From Lytechinus pictus (lineage: Eukaryota): 64,000 nt of DNA. This document shows positions 49,100 to 63,218 of this stretch, in pieces (the stretch's first letter is position 1; every line of letters begins with the position of its first letter). Location: assembly GCF_037042905.1 (NCBI RefSeq), contig NC_087250.1, positions 12,650,001 to 12,714,000 of the forward strand, written 5' to 3'. Under the pieces are notes generated by a model that was not told where the DNA came from, did not search any database, and worked only from the letters and a program-made list of their open reading frames with translations. The position numbers were made by a program, and so were the translations under genes.

Positions 49100-52000
49100 T
49101 AACGAGAGCGGGGCGAGTTGGCCCTCGGGGCGAGTCCGCCCATCACGTGATTTGCCCCTTTGCTGTGATTGGATATAAGTTTTGCTTATATGTAATGACA
49201 GCCTATCCATAAGTAACAATACACGTTAACGAGAGCTCACATGCTTGGAATCTGAGAAACTTACAACGAATCAAACATTTCGAGGCCACGTAAGTAAAAA
49301 AAAATCAGATTTTTTTCCCTATGGGCACTTATGAATGCAGTTTTAGTAAGTTTTGTTGTTCGAAAGGTGTGATATTTAGCTACTGAAATATGCCGTTGAT
49401 ACATTAAAATACGTTGTACATTTTGCGTAGAACAAGAGAAAAGAAAATGGCTGCCCTTGGGGCGAGTTCGCCTACTTTGCGACGGGGCAGGTTCGCCCGG
49501 GGGCGGACTTGCCACAGGGGGGCGAACTCGCCCCACTCAGTATGGCTATTTCTACCCATATGCATTTGTTTTTGGAAATTTGACGTTCATCCTTCAGATG
49601 TTGGTTAATAATGTTAAAATACGTTTGAAACACACGGAATCTCATGTGAAAACCACAATTTATAACAGAATTTCAGTTTTTCATCTCATTTTTAAGTGAA
49701 CAGGCAATTTTTTTAGGGCTCATCAGAGTTCACGATGAAAAATTGTCCATGGATTTTTTAAATTTAATCTTTTTTATTTGGTGCCTAGCGATTTACTGAA
49801 TTTTTGTGTATTCTATCTGGACGACAAATATGAATTTGAGTTTATTTCTTTACATAATCATTAACATTGGTAAAAACGAATTCATACGTTTGTTGCTAGT
49901 TTATTAAATGTTATTGAAAGAATAATATCATATATTGTCTGTATCAGAAAAGATGGTAGATTTCAGGTTTGTCTATCCAATTTTAGTAAGTTCTTTTGTT
50001 TAAATAAAAACCCATTACTGAAAATGCCTGTTTCTTTTCCTATGTTTGCAGAATGATACGAAATTGCCAACGGAAAACTGACCGCACCACGCACGTTCCG
50101 CAACATGTAATGAGTCTAGCAGTAGATCATTATCTGTCAACAGAGGATGGCACCAGAAAGATATCCGATATATTTCAAATACCTCGAACAACATTGAGGA
50201 ACAATATCAAGAAAGTTAAACGCTTGCCGGAGAGCGAACGGTCATCTGAGAAAGTCAATTTTGGTTTATGATCAAATATTTCTGCAGGCATACTCATGAA
50301 GTTTAAATTTAGCACATACAAACGATCTATATGCTTTTTAAAAGTACCTCAAACTTTATAAATAGAATTCAGTATATAAATAACTTTTTTGGGGTGGAAA
50401 AACAATGCTACTACGTTAAGGTTGGTAGGATCATTTAATATTTAGTGCTAATCTTAAGTACAGTGTTGTTTTTACTTTCATAATTATGATTAAAGAAGCT
50501 ACAAAATGCTCTCAGATATATTTTAACAGATCCACCTGCCAAACAAAATAGCTTTATTTTTACATAACATCTGATTTTTTAAAATCTTATGTTCACGCTA
50601 GTGTTACTAATAATTTAAAGTGAAATTGCTTTCGAAGGCAATTAAATATAATTATTTGACTGGCAAAAATCAGTTTTTGTTTTGTGCTGTCTTTAGTGTT
50701 ATCAGATCAATCAGGACACAGATGATATTCATTTTAGTCAAGATAAATTTTCAGAGTTACAAATGATCAGGATTTGGAATGGAAGGTTTCGTAAAAGAAC
50801 TTAAAGAAAAGAAACTCAGTTGAATTGTATAGTGTATAAACAAGAATGTTTTCAAGTTGCTTGTTTCACATGATCTTTCCACTTCAGTGAATTTAATCAA
50901 ATCGTTGAAAATGTGGTTGGAAGGAAATGACACTTTGTAATGGCAAAAGTAGGTTGTCTGTTGTCATTAGGATTTCTCATGAGACCATTTGGATACTTTT
51001 TACCCTGGGACATTTACCCAGTTTACGTTTTGACAGTTACGATTGTTTTTAATAAAATGCCCCAGAGAGCATTTCTTTTATTTTTAATCTAATCGTGTTA
51101 TTAAAGAGTAGGCCTATTGTGCTCACAATGATTTCTAATTGAAAGAAATGTTCGAATAATTATGATCTAAAGGTATTGTACTAGTTTCGTTGGCAGTTTT
51201 GTCTACTACAATATTTTGTAAATTGGCGCCATGTTAATTTAAACTAGTTGCAACATATAGGCCTATTTTCCTTTTTTCATGTTTTTCTTCTCTTCGAGTT
51301 ACTCGAAACCTTAATCACTGATATGACTGAATAAGGAAGCAGATATCTTCGTTTTCTCTCAATATGTACTTTGTAGATAATCATTAGACTAAATCACATA
51401 ATTTCATACACAGTGAAGACATTAGACAGAGAAAAAAAATAGCATTAATACACAAGCAGAGAAATTATCAGGCAGTGCACAAAGTAGCACTGAAATCAAA
51501 CTATATAGGGCCTAGATGCTTTCACTGCGTTGATGGGTAAAAAGCTTCTTCTACCTCCGGAAAAAATCTTGTTGAAGATAAAATTACAAGTAGGCGTATT
51601 AGGGCCTACTCTTCTACGCCCTGCAACTTATCTGAGTTCATTCATTTGTTCCCATAATATACATGTGTGTTATAACTTTATCTTGTTTCTTGTTGGCTGC
51701 TATTAAATAAATGTTTGTTACCTTTATATACATCATTTTAATCGTTTTATATATCACTGTTTTGTTATGGGCGAACTCGCCCCGCCCATCTGGCCAACTT
51801 GCCCCGGGGTGGGGCAGGTTCGCCCTGTAGCGAAGATTTTCTTTACGGCCTTTTTTTTCAAAACCGTGTGTATGTCCTCGATGAAAATAGGATAAATATA
51901 TGTAGACATTACCTAGGCCTTTTATAACTGATAAGACCCGACCTTCCTGCTAAAGTAAGGACGGCCCTTTTGTACATAAATGTGTCCCTCTTCTCTCCCT

Positions 52001-52400
52001 GCCTCTCTCTTTAGTTATCATATTATATTATATTGCCATTTCTTTGTTGTTTATCCAATGTTCTTTGAATTCGTAATGAGGAACCTTAATTTACAAGCAT
52101 TGCTTCACTTATGTCTCCTCGTCTTCCTTTAAAATTATTTATTTTCTGTCTTAAGCTGTATAATGTATTTAAAAACAATGTTTTCTGCATACTCTGTTTT
52201 ATATATACCTGTATGTTTTATCATGTACTCTGCTTATTGTTTTATACACACTTGTATGTTTGTCATGTATTCAAACTCAAAGTTGGAAGACAAATAAAAT
52301 GAACTGAACTGATTTTGAGGAGTTAAAATTATAAAATGAGAATAAAATGAGAAATGAGAAGAGCGGGAAAAAATGGGGCTGACTCGCCCCGCTTTCCCCC
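49100..52400 (+). mobile_element. Internally deleted pogo/Fot1-like (Tc1/mariner superfamily) transposon
   Basis: Termini and subtermini built of GCGGGGCGAGTTGGCCC repeats, with inverted copies at 51770-51830 and 52375-52400; internal psq-like ORF. Confidence 0.78.
50053..50271 (+). pseudogene. Truncated transposase N-terminus (pipsqueak-type HTH)
   Basis: MIRNCQRKTDR...MSLAV...RKISDIFQIPRTTLRNNI matches the HTH_psq pattern and is preceded by a strong acceptor (tttcttttcctatgtttgcag). No DDE domain is visible. Confidence 0.75.
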
Positions 52401-52492
52401 TTTACCGTTTTTACTCAACTGTGCCCCTCTCCCTTTTAAAAGTGGGGACCCTTTTTTTTGCTTGTAATTTTTTTCCGCGGATGAGATGAGTT

Positions 52493-52530
<38 letters not shown>

Positions 52531-53377
52531 TGTCAATTTTTCATCGGGAAAAATGTGCCCCCCCCCCTTTTTGAAAATCCTGGATCCGCAACTGCTAATT
52601 ACTTCACAATATTCTTTGTTGAAGTACATTTGACTGGCACAAGACGAATTACCAAAAATGTATTCTAATTTACAAAATTTGGAATAATTCTGCACCAAAG
52701 TACTTTAAACCATTATTTTCATACGACCCATTGTAACAAGACCAGACATTCCGCCCCGAATCCGATCGTCCACTGAACCTTACCCTAAATCTGAATACAA
52801 AAAGCGATTATCATTCACTGCAAAATTATGTTTTCAATAACTATTGTCTGTACCAAACTCTTAACTCCTAAAAACTTTTCAAAACATTCTCTAACATGGC
52901 CCGGTTTGGAGGGGGAGGGGTAGTCCTTTACTACATGTAACTGCACTTACTTATAGTTTACGTTTTCAGCTTTGATTTATGTTCTGTTATTTATTCCAAT
53001 CATGTTAATGTTCTCTATTTATTTATTTATCTATTTCCCTTCCATCATGTTTATGTTCTGTTATTTATTTATTCTATCACGTTAATCTTGTTTTATTGGT
53101 GGGGGGCTCCGTTGTAAAGTAGTTTTTCAAATGAAATCGGACTACCCTCTACTTTTTTTCCCGATTAATTGTGTTAAATAAAACATGAATAAATAAATAT
53201 GACAATCATGAAGAAAAATATCACGAAACTTGGTTCTGGTTATTGAAGATTGCTTTGTTTACGTGAAAATAGGGAGTAATTTTGCTTGCAAGACGCAGTA
53301 CGGTCGACGTATTCAAGAACACAGTAATATATTAAAAATACCCGTCAAATTACAAATAATGGACGGTAGGGATGTAA

Positions 53378-53834
53378 GAGGGGATTCACACGCTCGCATT
53401 TTGCGTCACTCGAATGATCAGCCGAAGGATGCAGTTTGAGCGTGTGAATGCATAATAGCTAGCGTAATTTGAAATGCGCATCAAGTGATGGTATCGAGGT
53501 GTTTTCCAGTGACGATATTCCAAAATGACGGAGCAAAACAGCCGTGTGAATGCTTTGACCTCCAAAACGTCATTGTGGGGGAGAAGCTAGCTTACGGTGA
53601 CATTTCAACCACTTCCGCAGAAAAAAAACCCCAGCTATTTTCTGCTCTGCTGGAAAATTTTACCATTGCACGAGTGATTGACGGGGTACCAAAAAGAAGC
53701 CACACCTCTTCTTGGTGCAACGTAAAGCCGCAGAATTTCCGAATCCTCCTAGCTGAGCCGTGTGAACGTCATTACAATTCGGCATTGCAATTAAGCATTC
53801 AAATCACGCGAAATGCGAGCGTGTGAAACCCCTC
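53378..53834. mobile_element. Harbinger-like MITE
   Basis: GAGGGGATTCACACGCTCGCATTT...AAATGCGAGCGTGTGAAACCCCTC. Confidence 0.82.
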
Positions 53835-55355
53835 TAGGAAGTTTCGGAGCTGGGGAAAAAAAAACATTTTTTATGTTCTGAATACGTAGCGCGCCGTGGA
53901 AGCTAAAACTCCCTATTGTCAATTTAAAAAAATGTTTTAAGAAAGCCATTCGGCTGAGCTCGTAAAGAAGCTTTTATCATAAGTACAGTTGATTTAAGAC
54001 AATCGAGCATTGCTAATTTTTACCCATACGGGTATTGTATACGGACAAGTGCACAAAGCGTGTACTTCGTAGGAGTCAGGTTCAATAAGTCATGTCAGAA
54101 TAACCGAAGACTGAAAAAACCAACAACTATGGGACCACAAAGAGTTGCGCTCCATAAACACGTTCGTGTATAGCGCGTTAATTGGCTGTTGCTTCCACGA
54201 CTCTTACTGCTGAAATTTTATAGGACGGACGTGAATAAAATATGGCCTATACGCTGTTACTATATGGTAGCACCTTGAATTCTGCACACGAACCTCAAAT
54301 TGACCGTCCGCGCCACATTGAGGTTGCGAAAACATCGTATGACAGTTAGGATTCATGTACAGCTAGGAACGAGGATCAACTTCAAGTTTGCCTGAGGATC
54401 ACAATGTTGTCTTTCAGATGGTGACGTAATAATAGGTGCACCTTCGAGGTAAATATTTTTATCTAGTAGATACCCAATCTCCACATAACGGCTGCAGCTC
54501 GCGTTTAAGTTCGATATACCTATAAGATTCGAATACTCCTAATAGTTGATATTCCGAAAACGAAATAATTATATTTGTTATTCCGAAATAACCGCTCCCC
54601 GAAAATGTAGGAAGGTTCTATTATTTAAAAATATCAGCCTACCTCCTTCACTCTAAACAGGGGCCGCGGAACGGTTTTCAAAGTGGGAGGGAGGGGGGCT
54701 GCACCATGCAAATAATCAGAATCATATGGTCATTTTTATGTTTTTGTAAATGGTTTTGGAAAAAAAGTGGGGGGCTGAAGCCCCCTCACCCATTTGTTTG
54801 AATAAAAGAGGCCGTCAGTATGGTGTCGAAAATTAACCTGACTTAAAATTCGCATAACCCTAAACCACAAATAAGTCGCCAAGGAAGGTTTTTGTAATAG
54901 CCAAAATAGTAAATTTGTCTTCAAAAAGTCTAAATCTAAAAATCAATTTATCTGAAGAAGACTTTCGTCTTCTTTATACTGTAAAAAATGAAGATGTAAT
55001 GTTGATAAGAAAAATAGATACAAGAGATTGTTTGGCGCAAGTTTTCGTCTCCTGCTTGGAAGTTCCATTAAAGGGATGATCCGGGCTGAAAGTATTTATA
55101 GCTTAATAAATAGAGTAGATTTTACTGAGCAAAATGCCGAAAATTTCGGATAATAAATAACAAAGTTATTGAATTTCAAAGTTTAGCAATATTTTGTTAA
55201 AACAGTTGTCATGAATATTCATTAGGTGGGCTGATGATGTCACATCCCCACTTGTTCTTTTGTATTTTATTATATGAAATTAGGTTTCTTCATATTTTTT
55301 CTTCCAAGAACTCGAAAATTGGATCGACAACCGATTTAGTGCATTAGATATGTAT

Positions 55356-57946
55356 AAGCCAGCTCGTAGTTCCACTCTGCGCATGATCAGAATATTCTGC
55401 GCATGATCAGAGGAAGGTCATTTGTACCAAAGTGATATGGTGGTTTAAAATTTAATGCGATAAGCACCAACTTTGATGTCTTGATTATTCATATATTCTT
55501 TTGAATCGTGTTTTTCATTCACATCCACAAAAAACAATGCGTCCACGAATGACTGGTATATTTCACAGTTTGCCAAGTACATTGTACAACATCGTCAAAT
55601 ATGCATTCGAAGTAGAAATGCAACAAATACCTTCATAGAGTGTTCATTGATGTGCTATTCTAGTCACCTGGGGAGTGTTTCATCAACATTTTCATCCGAC
55701 AAGTCGTCAGATCTGACATCTTTCTCTGATGTTGATTGGCTGAGAGGTACTGTTACTATGGTAACTGTCGGATAAAATGGGACTTGTCGGATAAAACGTC
55801 CGACAAGTCCTTTCATGAAACGCTCCCCAGGTCTATTCAATTTCTTCATTTATTTATTTATTTATTTCCGTTCAAACAAAAGATATAATCCAAGTACAGT
55901 GTAAATACATGTTCAAAATAATACATACTCAAAATAATACATACAGCTGTATAACATTTCATAACAGATATTGAAGATAAAATTATCTGAACGGAGGGAC
56001 TTGCCAAGAAAAGCAGAGCTTGTAAAGAAGGCAAGTCCCTAAACATAGTTTCAATACTAATTAACATAACCTATATACAAGAGACGGGTGGAAAACGAAA
56101 TTAAAATACATAATCTACAAAATACCAAAATAGAGCGTATAAGCGACAACAAAAAGTGGAAAGTAATTTGAATAATAGGAATGATAACGAAAATAATGAT
56201 AAAATTTTTAATATAAATTATAAGAGTGGAAAAGGGAGGCAAAGGAAAGAGAGAGAAGAAAAGGGTGGTGCAAGTAAAACTGAAAATGAAAAGAGGAACA
56301 TGACAGGTGCACAGGTCATAGAACACTGTAGTGACATTATTTAGAATATATAATATTAGACAAATTTGTTGATAATTAAATGCTAGTTGTAAATACGTTT
56401 AGTTACAATTATATATTAGCTAGACTTGTTGGTGTGGAGTATTGACAAATTAGCATCTTTTTAAGTTTGCGCTTGAAAATATTGATGCTTGGTGATCCTT
56501 TAAAGTCATTGGGCAGTGAATTCCAATACACTGGTCCAAAAAAGACGAAAGAGTTTTTTGCTAAAAGAGTACGGGTTGGGGGTAGATGATAACAATTACG
56601 TTGTCTCGTTGGGTAATCATGTATGGAGGAGTTTTTACAAAACATATTTGAAAATATTGTGGGGAGATCATTTTTACTTAGTTTATACATAAATTGGGCG
56701 AGTTGGAAAAGATATAAATCATTCACTTTAAGAATATTATTTTGGAAAAAAAGGACATCAGTGTGTGATCTGAAATGAGTTTGAAAAATTACTCTAAGGG
56801 CCTTCTTCTGCAACAACAGTATCCTTTGTAATTGTGTTTGAATTGCACAACCCCATGCCAAAATGCCATAATTAATGTATGGTAATATTAATGTATGATA
56901 TAATGTAAGTAAAATGTGAGATGGAAGAAAATATTTGAGTTTGTTAATAATTCCGATGTTTCTTGAAATTGTTTTGCATATATTATCAATGTGTGGTTTC
57001 CATGATAGCTTATTGTCAATAGTAACACCCAAGAATCTGGTTTGTGATACATTTTCAAGAACGGTGTTATCAAAAATGAGATTGTAAGGTAATGTATGTG
57101 TTTTGTTACTAAAAAGCATATAATTTGTCTTTTGTAGGTTAAGTGATAGTTTATTCGCCTTAATCCAGTCAGTTACATGTATGAGTTCAGAGTTTACAAT
57201 TCTTACAAGTTGATTCGCGTTATCATGAGAAAAGAAAATATTCGAGTCGTCTGCAAACAGTATGAATGTTAGTAAATTTGAACTTTTTTTGATGTCATTG
57301 ATGTAAGTAATAAAAAGAAGAGGGCCAAGTAAGCTACCCTGAGGTACTCCGCAAGTGATAGGAAGAGTAGAAGAAGTAGCGTTGTTAACTGATACGAATT
57401 GAGACCTATCTGTTAGGTAACTCCTGAACCACTCCAAGGCCTTCCCCCTAATACCATAAAAAGAAAGTTTATAACGAAGTATTTCATGGTTAATGGTATC
57501 GAAGGCCTTGGAGAAGTCCAGGAAAATACCAACAGTATGAAAACCTTTATCTATGGAAGTAGTGATTTTATCAATAAAAGACAGAATTGCATGTGAAGTG
57601 CTATGATTTTCGCGAAACCCAAATTGTGAGTTAGAAAAGATATTATGCTTATCAAAAAAAGGACTTGTACGTGTATGTATAAGTTTTTCGAGAATTTTAG
57701 ATAATGAGGTGAGTAATGAAATAGGGCGGTAGTTAGAAACAAGTTGATTGTCGCCTTTTTTGTAAAGAGGGATGACTTTGGCTATTTTCATGAGATTAGG
57801 TACTTTCCCTGTGTTCATAGAAATATTTCATCACGCTATGTAAGGCATGCATACGTAATATCTTGCTTTGAAATCTGCCTATCTTAATGAAAGAAATGAG
57901 AGGTCATTTGTCCAAAATTGTCCATGAAGTAACTACGAACTGGTCT
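55356..57946. mobile_element. TIR element with AT duplication containing a MITE (55667-55831) and a LINE
   Basis: AAGCCAGCTCGTAGTT...AACTACGAACTGGTCT. The host MITE sequence (gatatgtat/attgctgcaactta) resumes after it. Confidence 0.7.
55845..57820 (-). mobile_element. Young 5'-truncated CR1/L2-group LINE with an uninterrupted 469-aa RT ORF
   Basis: ORF 56409..57818: AKVIPLYKKG, NYRPISLL, FLDFSKAFDTINH, GVPQGSLLGP, FADD, FLGV. The 3' UTR has a stem-loop (~55995-56040) and an (AAAT)n tail. Confidence 0.95.
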
Positions 57947-60821
57947 ATTGCTGCAACTTATTTCATTATAAGGGATACATATTATTCACACAAGTATGAA
58001 ATAATTAAAAAATATGATTTTATGTAATAACAGAAGAAAACGGAAAGTGGGGATGTGACATCATCAGCCCACCTAATGAATATTCATGACGACGGTTTTC
58101 ACAAAATATTGCTAAACTTTAAACTTCGATAACTTTATTATTTGTTATCCGATTTTGATGAAATTTTCGGCATTTTGCTCAGTGAATTCTACCCTATGTA
58201 TATATTTTCAGCCCGGAACATTCCCTTAAAGTTGCAAAAAGTGCACATCTCATGCTTGAATGAACCTGAAACCTAACTTCAAACCTTTTTTTCTGCTTTT
58301 TTTTTCTTGCGTTGTGTCTTCTGCATTCAATCAAGTGTTTCTCTAGGCTAACTAATGACTCATACTGCAATGAATGGTTTTACACCTCATTTCCATAGCA
58401 AAAACACATTGAAAAACATTGATTGATTGATTGCATTATTCTTTTTCATTCCAAAATTTAACAAAAGTTGCAATGTAAAGCAAAACACAAAAATATAATA
58501 TACAGAAATGAACATTCATGACCTCCTCGCGTTCTGTCCTATTTCATCATCCGTTGTCTTGTCACAGTGTACAAAAAGCAATACAACATCCTGCAACCCA
58601 CTTCCCTTATTGCTGTAAAACTATTTGTGAATCACGCCTATCAGGTTTGAACAATGAAAACACGAAGGAATGTCAACTGCAATTACACCCCCGGCCCCTC
58701 CTACCAAAAATCAAAGCAAAGAAATACATCGAAATCGACGCATCATAAAACCACGAGACATTCAAAGACTGCTAGACATTTGAATCAAGTATAAGTACAT
58801 GAGAATATAAAATAAAAAGCCTGTATACATTTACAATAAAAACTTATGACTCCTCAAACGAAAAGCAGCCAAACTCTCTTCTGTCAATTATAGCGCATGA
58901 CTTATCATTCGTTGGAGCGTTGTGGCCCAGTGGATTAGTCTCCGGACTTTGAAACAGAGGGTCGCTGGTTCGAATCCCAGCCATGGCGTAATTTCCTTCG
59001 GCAATAAATTTATCCACATTATGCTGCACTCAACCCAGGTGAGGTGAATGGGTACCTGACAGGAATCTATTCCTTGAAATGCGTGTGCGCAATAATTTCA
59101 GTAATTACGGTTGCCAAGCTACAGCTGGGGTAATAATATCCAAGTCCTTTGGAAGCGCATAGAGACATTATTCATAATTGTGATATGCGCTATACAAGAA
59201 CTGTGTATTATTATTATTATTCCCCTATGGCGAGTAAAAAACAACCGTTTTAACAAGTTTTTGGACCAGCTACATCTTGTGGATTGAATGGTGGACCTAT
59301 AGTAGGTCCATGTTTGAATAATAACAATAAAACGGATGCCGAATAGCCGTACGGGCGCCATAGGGGAAATGTAACTGCAGCATTAGCAGTGGACGAAGCT
59401 AGTATGACAAGGAAGATGATCATGAAAGTTTATAGAATATGTCTCAATCACAATCAATTTCAAAATGGATGCAGGCAAGCTTCCCAATGTCTGAAAATTC
59501 ATAATCAAACCCCTAAAACCAAATTGAGAAAAGACTGGGCAAAATAATGAAATGTGCCGCATCAGCTCTATTAAAGGACAAGTCCAACCCAACAAAAAGT
59601 TGATTTGAATAAAAAGAGGAAAATCCAACAAGCATAACACTGAACATTTCATCAAAATCGGAAATAAAATAAGAAAGTTGTGACATTTTAAAGTTTTGCT
59701 TAATTTCACAAAACAGTTATATGCACATCCTGGTCGGTATGCAAATGACGAGACTGATGACCTCATCGACTCACTATTTATTTTGTATTTTATTACATGA
59801 AACAAGAAATATTCTAATTTTCTCCTCAATGTCAAGGGAAACAACGATTAATTCCTCCCTGAACATGTGGAATTAGCATTGCTTAACACTATAGGTTCAG
59901 TCAAGTTGGTCCTAATTATCGAAAATGTAAAAAATGAAATATTGAATAATTCAAACAATAACAAACAAAGAAATAGTGAGTGATGGACATCATCGATTAA
60001 CCCATTTGCATCCGATTTGCATGTCACTGAGTTGTGCATGTTTGGTGAAAAATAGGAGAAACTTCAAAATGCCATCCGATTTCGGATGAAATTTTCAACG
60101 TTACGTACGTTTGTTTGATTTTTCACTATTTATCAAACATGTTAAAATCAACCCTTTTCTGGGGTGGACTTGACCTTTAAATGCAACATTTTTTGGAATT
60201 TTTTCTCTCAATAGGCCCTATAGCAGTTTTGCTGTTCCGAGGTATTAGGGTTAACTTATGAAGTTGGGTTAAACTTGAATCGCCCTTTAACCAAAAGTAT
60301 CAAATGAACTTCAGTAATTAGTTATCCATCGACCCCAAAGTTCGCCGACTCGCTCATCATCCCGGGTCATCATCGTCATCGGCGTGGCAGTGACTGGCGT
60401 AAATCCCGGGGGGATGGTGGTATTTACCCCCCCCCCACACTTTTCGAGGAGGGGGGATGGCCTGTACAGACATCCCCCCACTTTTTACGAAAGAAATGAA
60501 GAAAAAAAATCACAAGAGATAATTGTTTTATTGGTGAAAATTCTTCCTAAAATACCGCTTAACAAATAAAACAATATTATTGAATCATAAAACGCAAATA
60601 AAGAGCCAGTTCACCATTTCCAAACGAAATACTTATGTCCTTATTATAACATTGAAGAGAAACCCCCGTTTCTTCCAATTCATCAATGTTGGGGTCTTTG
60701 GGAAGGGATTCAGATGGAATGTCAAAAAAATTTGAATGTAATCTCTAATAAAACCATTAAACCATCATGGGGTAAAAAAGATAATAATATTGGAGGGGTA
60801 TTTGCCATATATATGGACATA

Positions 60822-62030
60822 CAGTGACGTAACTACGGGGGGCATGGGGGGCACATCCCCCCATCGGCTGACAAAAAAACCGGGGAAAGGGGGGGGGGGG
60901 AGGAGAAAAGAGGGAGAAAGGAAGAGAAACGTAGTGGGAAAGAAAAAAATATTTTTCATTATAATGTTATATTATATTATAATTATGTTATGTTACATTA
61001 CATAAGAAACATTTTTATCATAACTTTATGAAACATAATTTGCCCAGGGCCTACGTCTTCATTGTTCCTGGTGCTCGCATTGTCTGTTTAACGAGATATA
61101 TAATCCTGTTGTACCAAAACATCACGTTTTCAAGTCAATATGAAACAAATATATTTCCTAGCACTTGAGTTATTTGAATAAATTGAATTGAAATTGAAAA
61201 TTGAATTTTTGATATTCAGATCAGAAGAAGGGACATTTTAAGGACTGATTTTAGGAATTCATGAAGAGCAGACATATTAAATTGAATTTAAATTAAATAG
61301 TTATCATTGTTTTATGTAGTGACATATGCTTCTTTTTCATGACTCAAAAAGTGATTGCCCCATGTTAAGGTCTTCGTATATATGAAACATTTCCTGTCCG
61401 TGATTACGTTCGCATTAGTGGATTTGTGAGATATGTCTGCTCTTCATGAATTCCTAAAATCAGTCCTTAAAATGTCCCTTCTTCTGATCTGAATATCAAA
61501 AATTTTAAGCTCGCGCTTCGCGCTCGCATTCATTTGGTTAATGAAATACGTATTGTTCTAGTTAATTCCTACAAAGAAACCTTAGAATACCCCACTTCAG
61601 GTTTGAATTATCTAAATTTTCAGCTCGCGCTTCGCGCTCGCATTCATTTGGTTAATGAAATACGTATTGTTCTAGTTGATTCCTACAAAGAAACTTTAGA
61701 ATGCCCCACTTCAGGTCTGAATTATCTAAATTTTCAGCTCGCGCTTCGCGCTCGCATTGTTTAGCGAGACAGGTACCTATCATGATTACACAAATTTGAT
61801 TATGATGTCCCTTTTTAGGTGTGAATAAAAAAAAATTTCAGCTCGCGCTTCTCGCTCGCATTATTTGTTCAGTGAGATACATATCCGTTTAATGACATTG
61901 TCCTTAAAATGTCTCTATTAGGTCAGTATAACTGGCAACTGAGCGCGCGATCACTAGCGCATGCACTCACTCAGTGATTCAAACATTTTGCTGGAGCCCC
62001 CCCAATGCCGTGACCCACGGTACGCCACTG
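60822..62030 (-). mobile_element. hAT-like MITE, copy 3, nested in a second TIR element (60392-62137)
   Basis: Reverse-oriented copy with perfect 8-bp TSD tggacata. The outer element has TIR ACTGGCGTAAATCC/GGATTTACGCCAGT. Confidence 0.88.
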
Positions 62031-62316
62031 TGGACATATCAATGACAATTCCTTGCATATCTAAAAACATGATTGCAAAAACAATGCCAACATATTTCAG
62101 TCATCCCCCCACCCATCAACACGGATTTACGCCAGTGCGTGGCACACTTCAGCTTCCCGCAGAGAAAAGTGCTGGTAGCATTCCGTAAAATTGTTGTTTT
62201 ATTGCTTATTAGCTGAGGAACAAGCTACCAAAGGACCACTTCATTCTGTGGATCTAGATCAACATACTCTCGATGGCCCTCTTGATCAAATTTGGCCGTT
62301 TCAGTAGACCAGTTCC

Positions 62317-62854
62317 CGGGGGGGGGGGGGCACTCGACCAAAAAAGTAGTGGGTATGTGCCGCGGGCGAGACAAAAAACGGGGGCCTTGGAGCAGGCTTA
62401 TTGTAAAAAGGAGGGTCCTCGGAACGGGCTTCGGAACTACAAATGTTTGTGAAAACGGGGGTCCTAATTGGAACGAGTCGCCTGAGTGCGTATTCATCCC
62501 TATGGAACGGGCATACGCAACTAGCCCGGCGGCAAGGGCTTTGGGTGCGCCAGCGCAGATGCGATGGTCGACGTACAGCGCTCTGCGGCTGCTTTTCACT
62601 AAAATTGCGGCTCATTGTAGCAGATCAATACGACTGGAACGGCGTAACGGAAATATGCGATCGAGGCTTTGGAGCAGATTTCTTTCTTCTTTTTTCTCGA
62701 TAAGAAAATGCTATGCTTTGGAGCGGCTTTCTTTGTTCTTTTTCTCAATAAGACAAAATGCTATGCCTTAGAACGGAAATTTGAGTGTAAAAATGGGGGT
62801 CCCCTCCGCGGCACATACCCACTAGGCATTATATACTGAGTGCCCCCCCCCCGG
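62317..62854 (-). mobile_element. CCGG(G)n-terminated MITE, copy 2
   Basis: Reverse-complement homolog of 22467-23063; flanks accagttc/accatttc suggest an 8-bp TSD. Confidence 0.8.
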
Positions 62855-62884
62855 ACCATTTCATAGACAAGCTTGTTCCAGTTG

Positions 62885-63218
62885 TTTTTCTTTCATTTCA
62901 TTAGGATAGGCGAATTTCAGAGCATGGTATACTGTAAGCCATTCTGCAGAATTTGCATAGATTAGGTGACAAGAAACGCAATCAATGAACACTTTACGAA
63001 AGTATTTGTTGGTGGTGATTTTTTTTAACCTGATTTCTAAGAAAGCATGAATGCTTGTAAGCAAGCAACCAGAGGACCGACGGCTTAAGGTCCCCTCCGA
63101 AGGACCTGGTACTGAGGATTAATGCATTACCAAAGGGCACTAGCGCACCAAGTGGGAATCGAACCCGGGTCACCGGAATACGAGTCCCCCGCTCTACCGA
63201 CTGAGCTATCGCGCCTCC
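62885..63218 (-). mobile_element. tRNA-derived SINE of a second family
   Basis: GGAGGCGCGATAGCTCAGTCGGTAGAGC...GGTTCGATTCCC head followed by a non-tRNA body (ccttcggaggggaccttaagccgtcggtcc) and a gaaatgaaa tail. Confidence 0.8.

Noticed and set aside
54418..54448. 31-nt plus-strand micro-exon (DGDVIIGAPS, FG-GAP-like)
   Set aside because: Splice sites are plausible, but no partner exons were found and it is too short to distinguish from chance.
62225..62771. GC-rich overlapping ORFs (also 22715-23111 and 48350-48733)
   Set aside because: They lie inside multicopy MITEs, the frames are not conserved between copies and no domain is recognisable.
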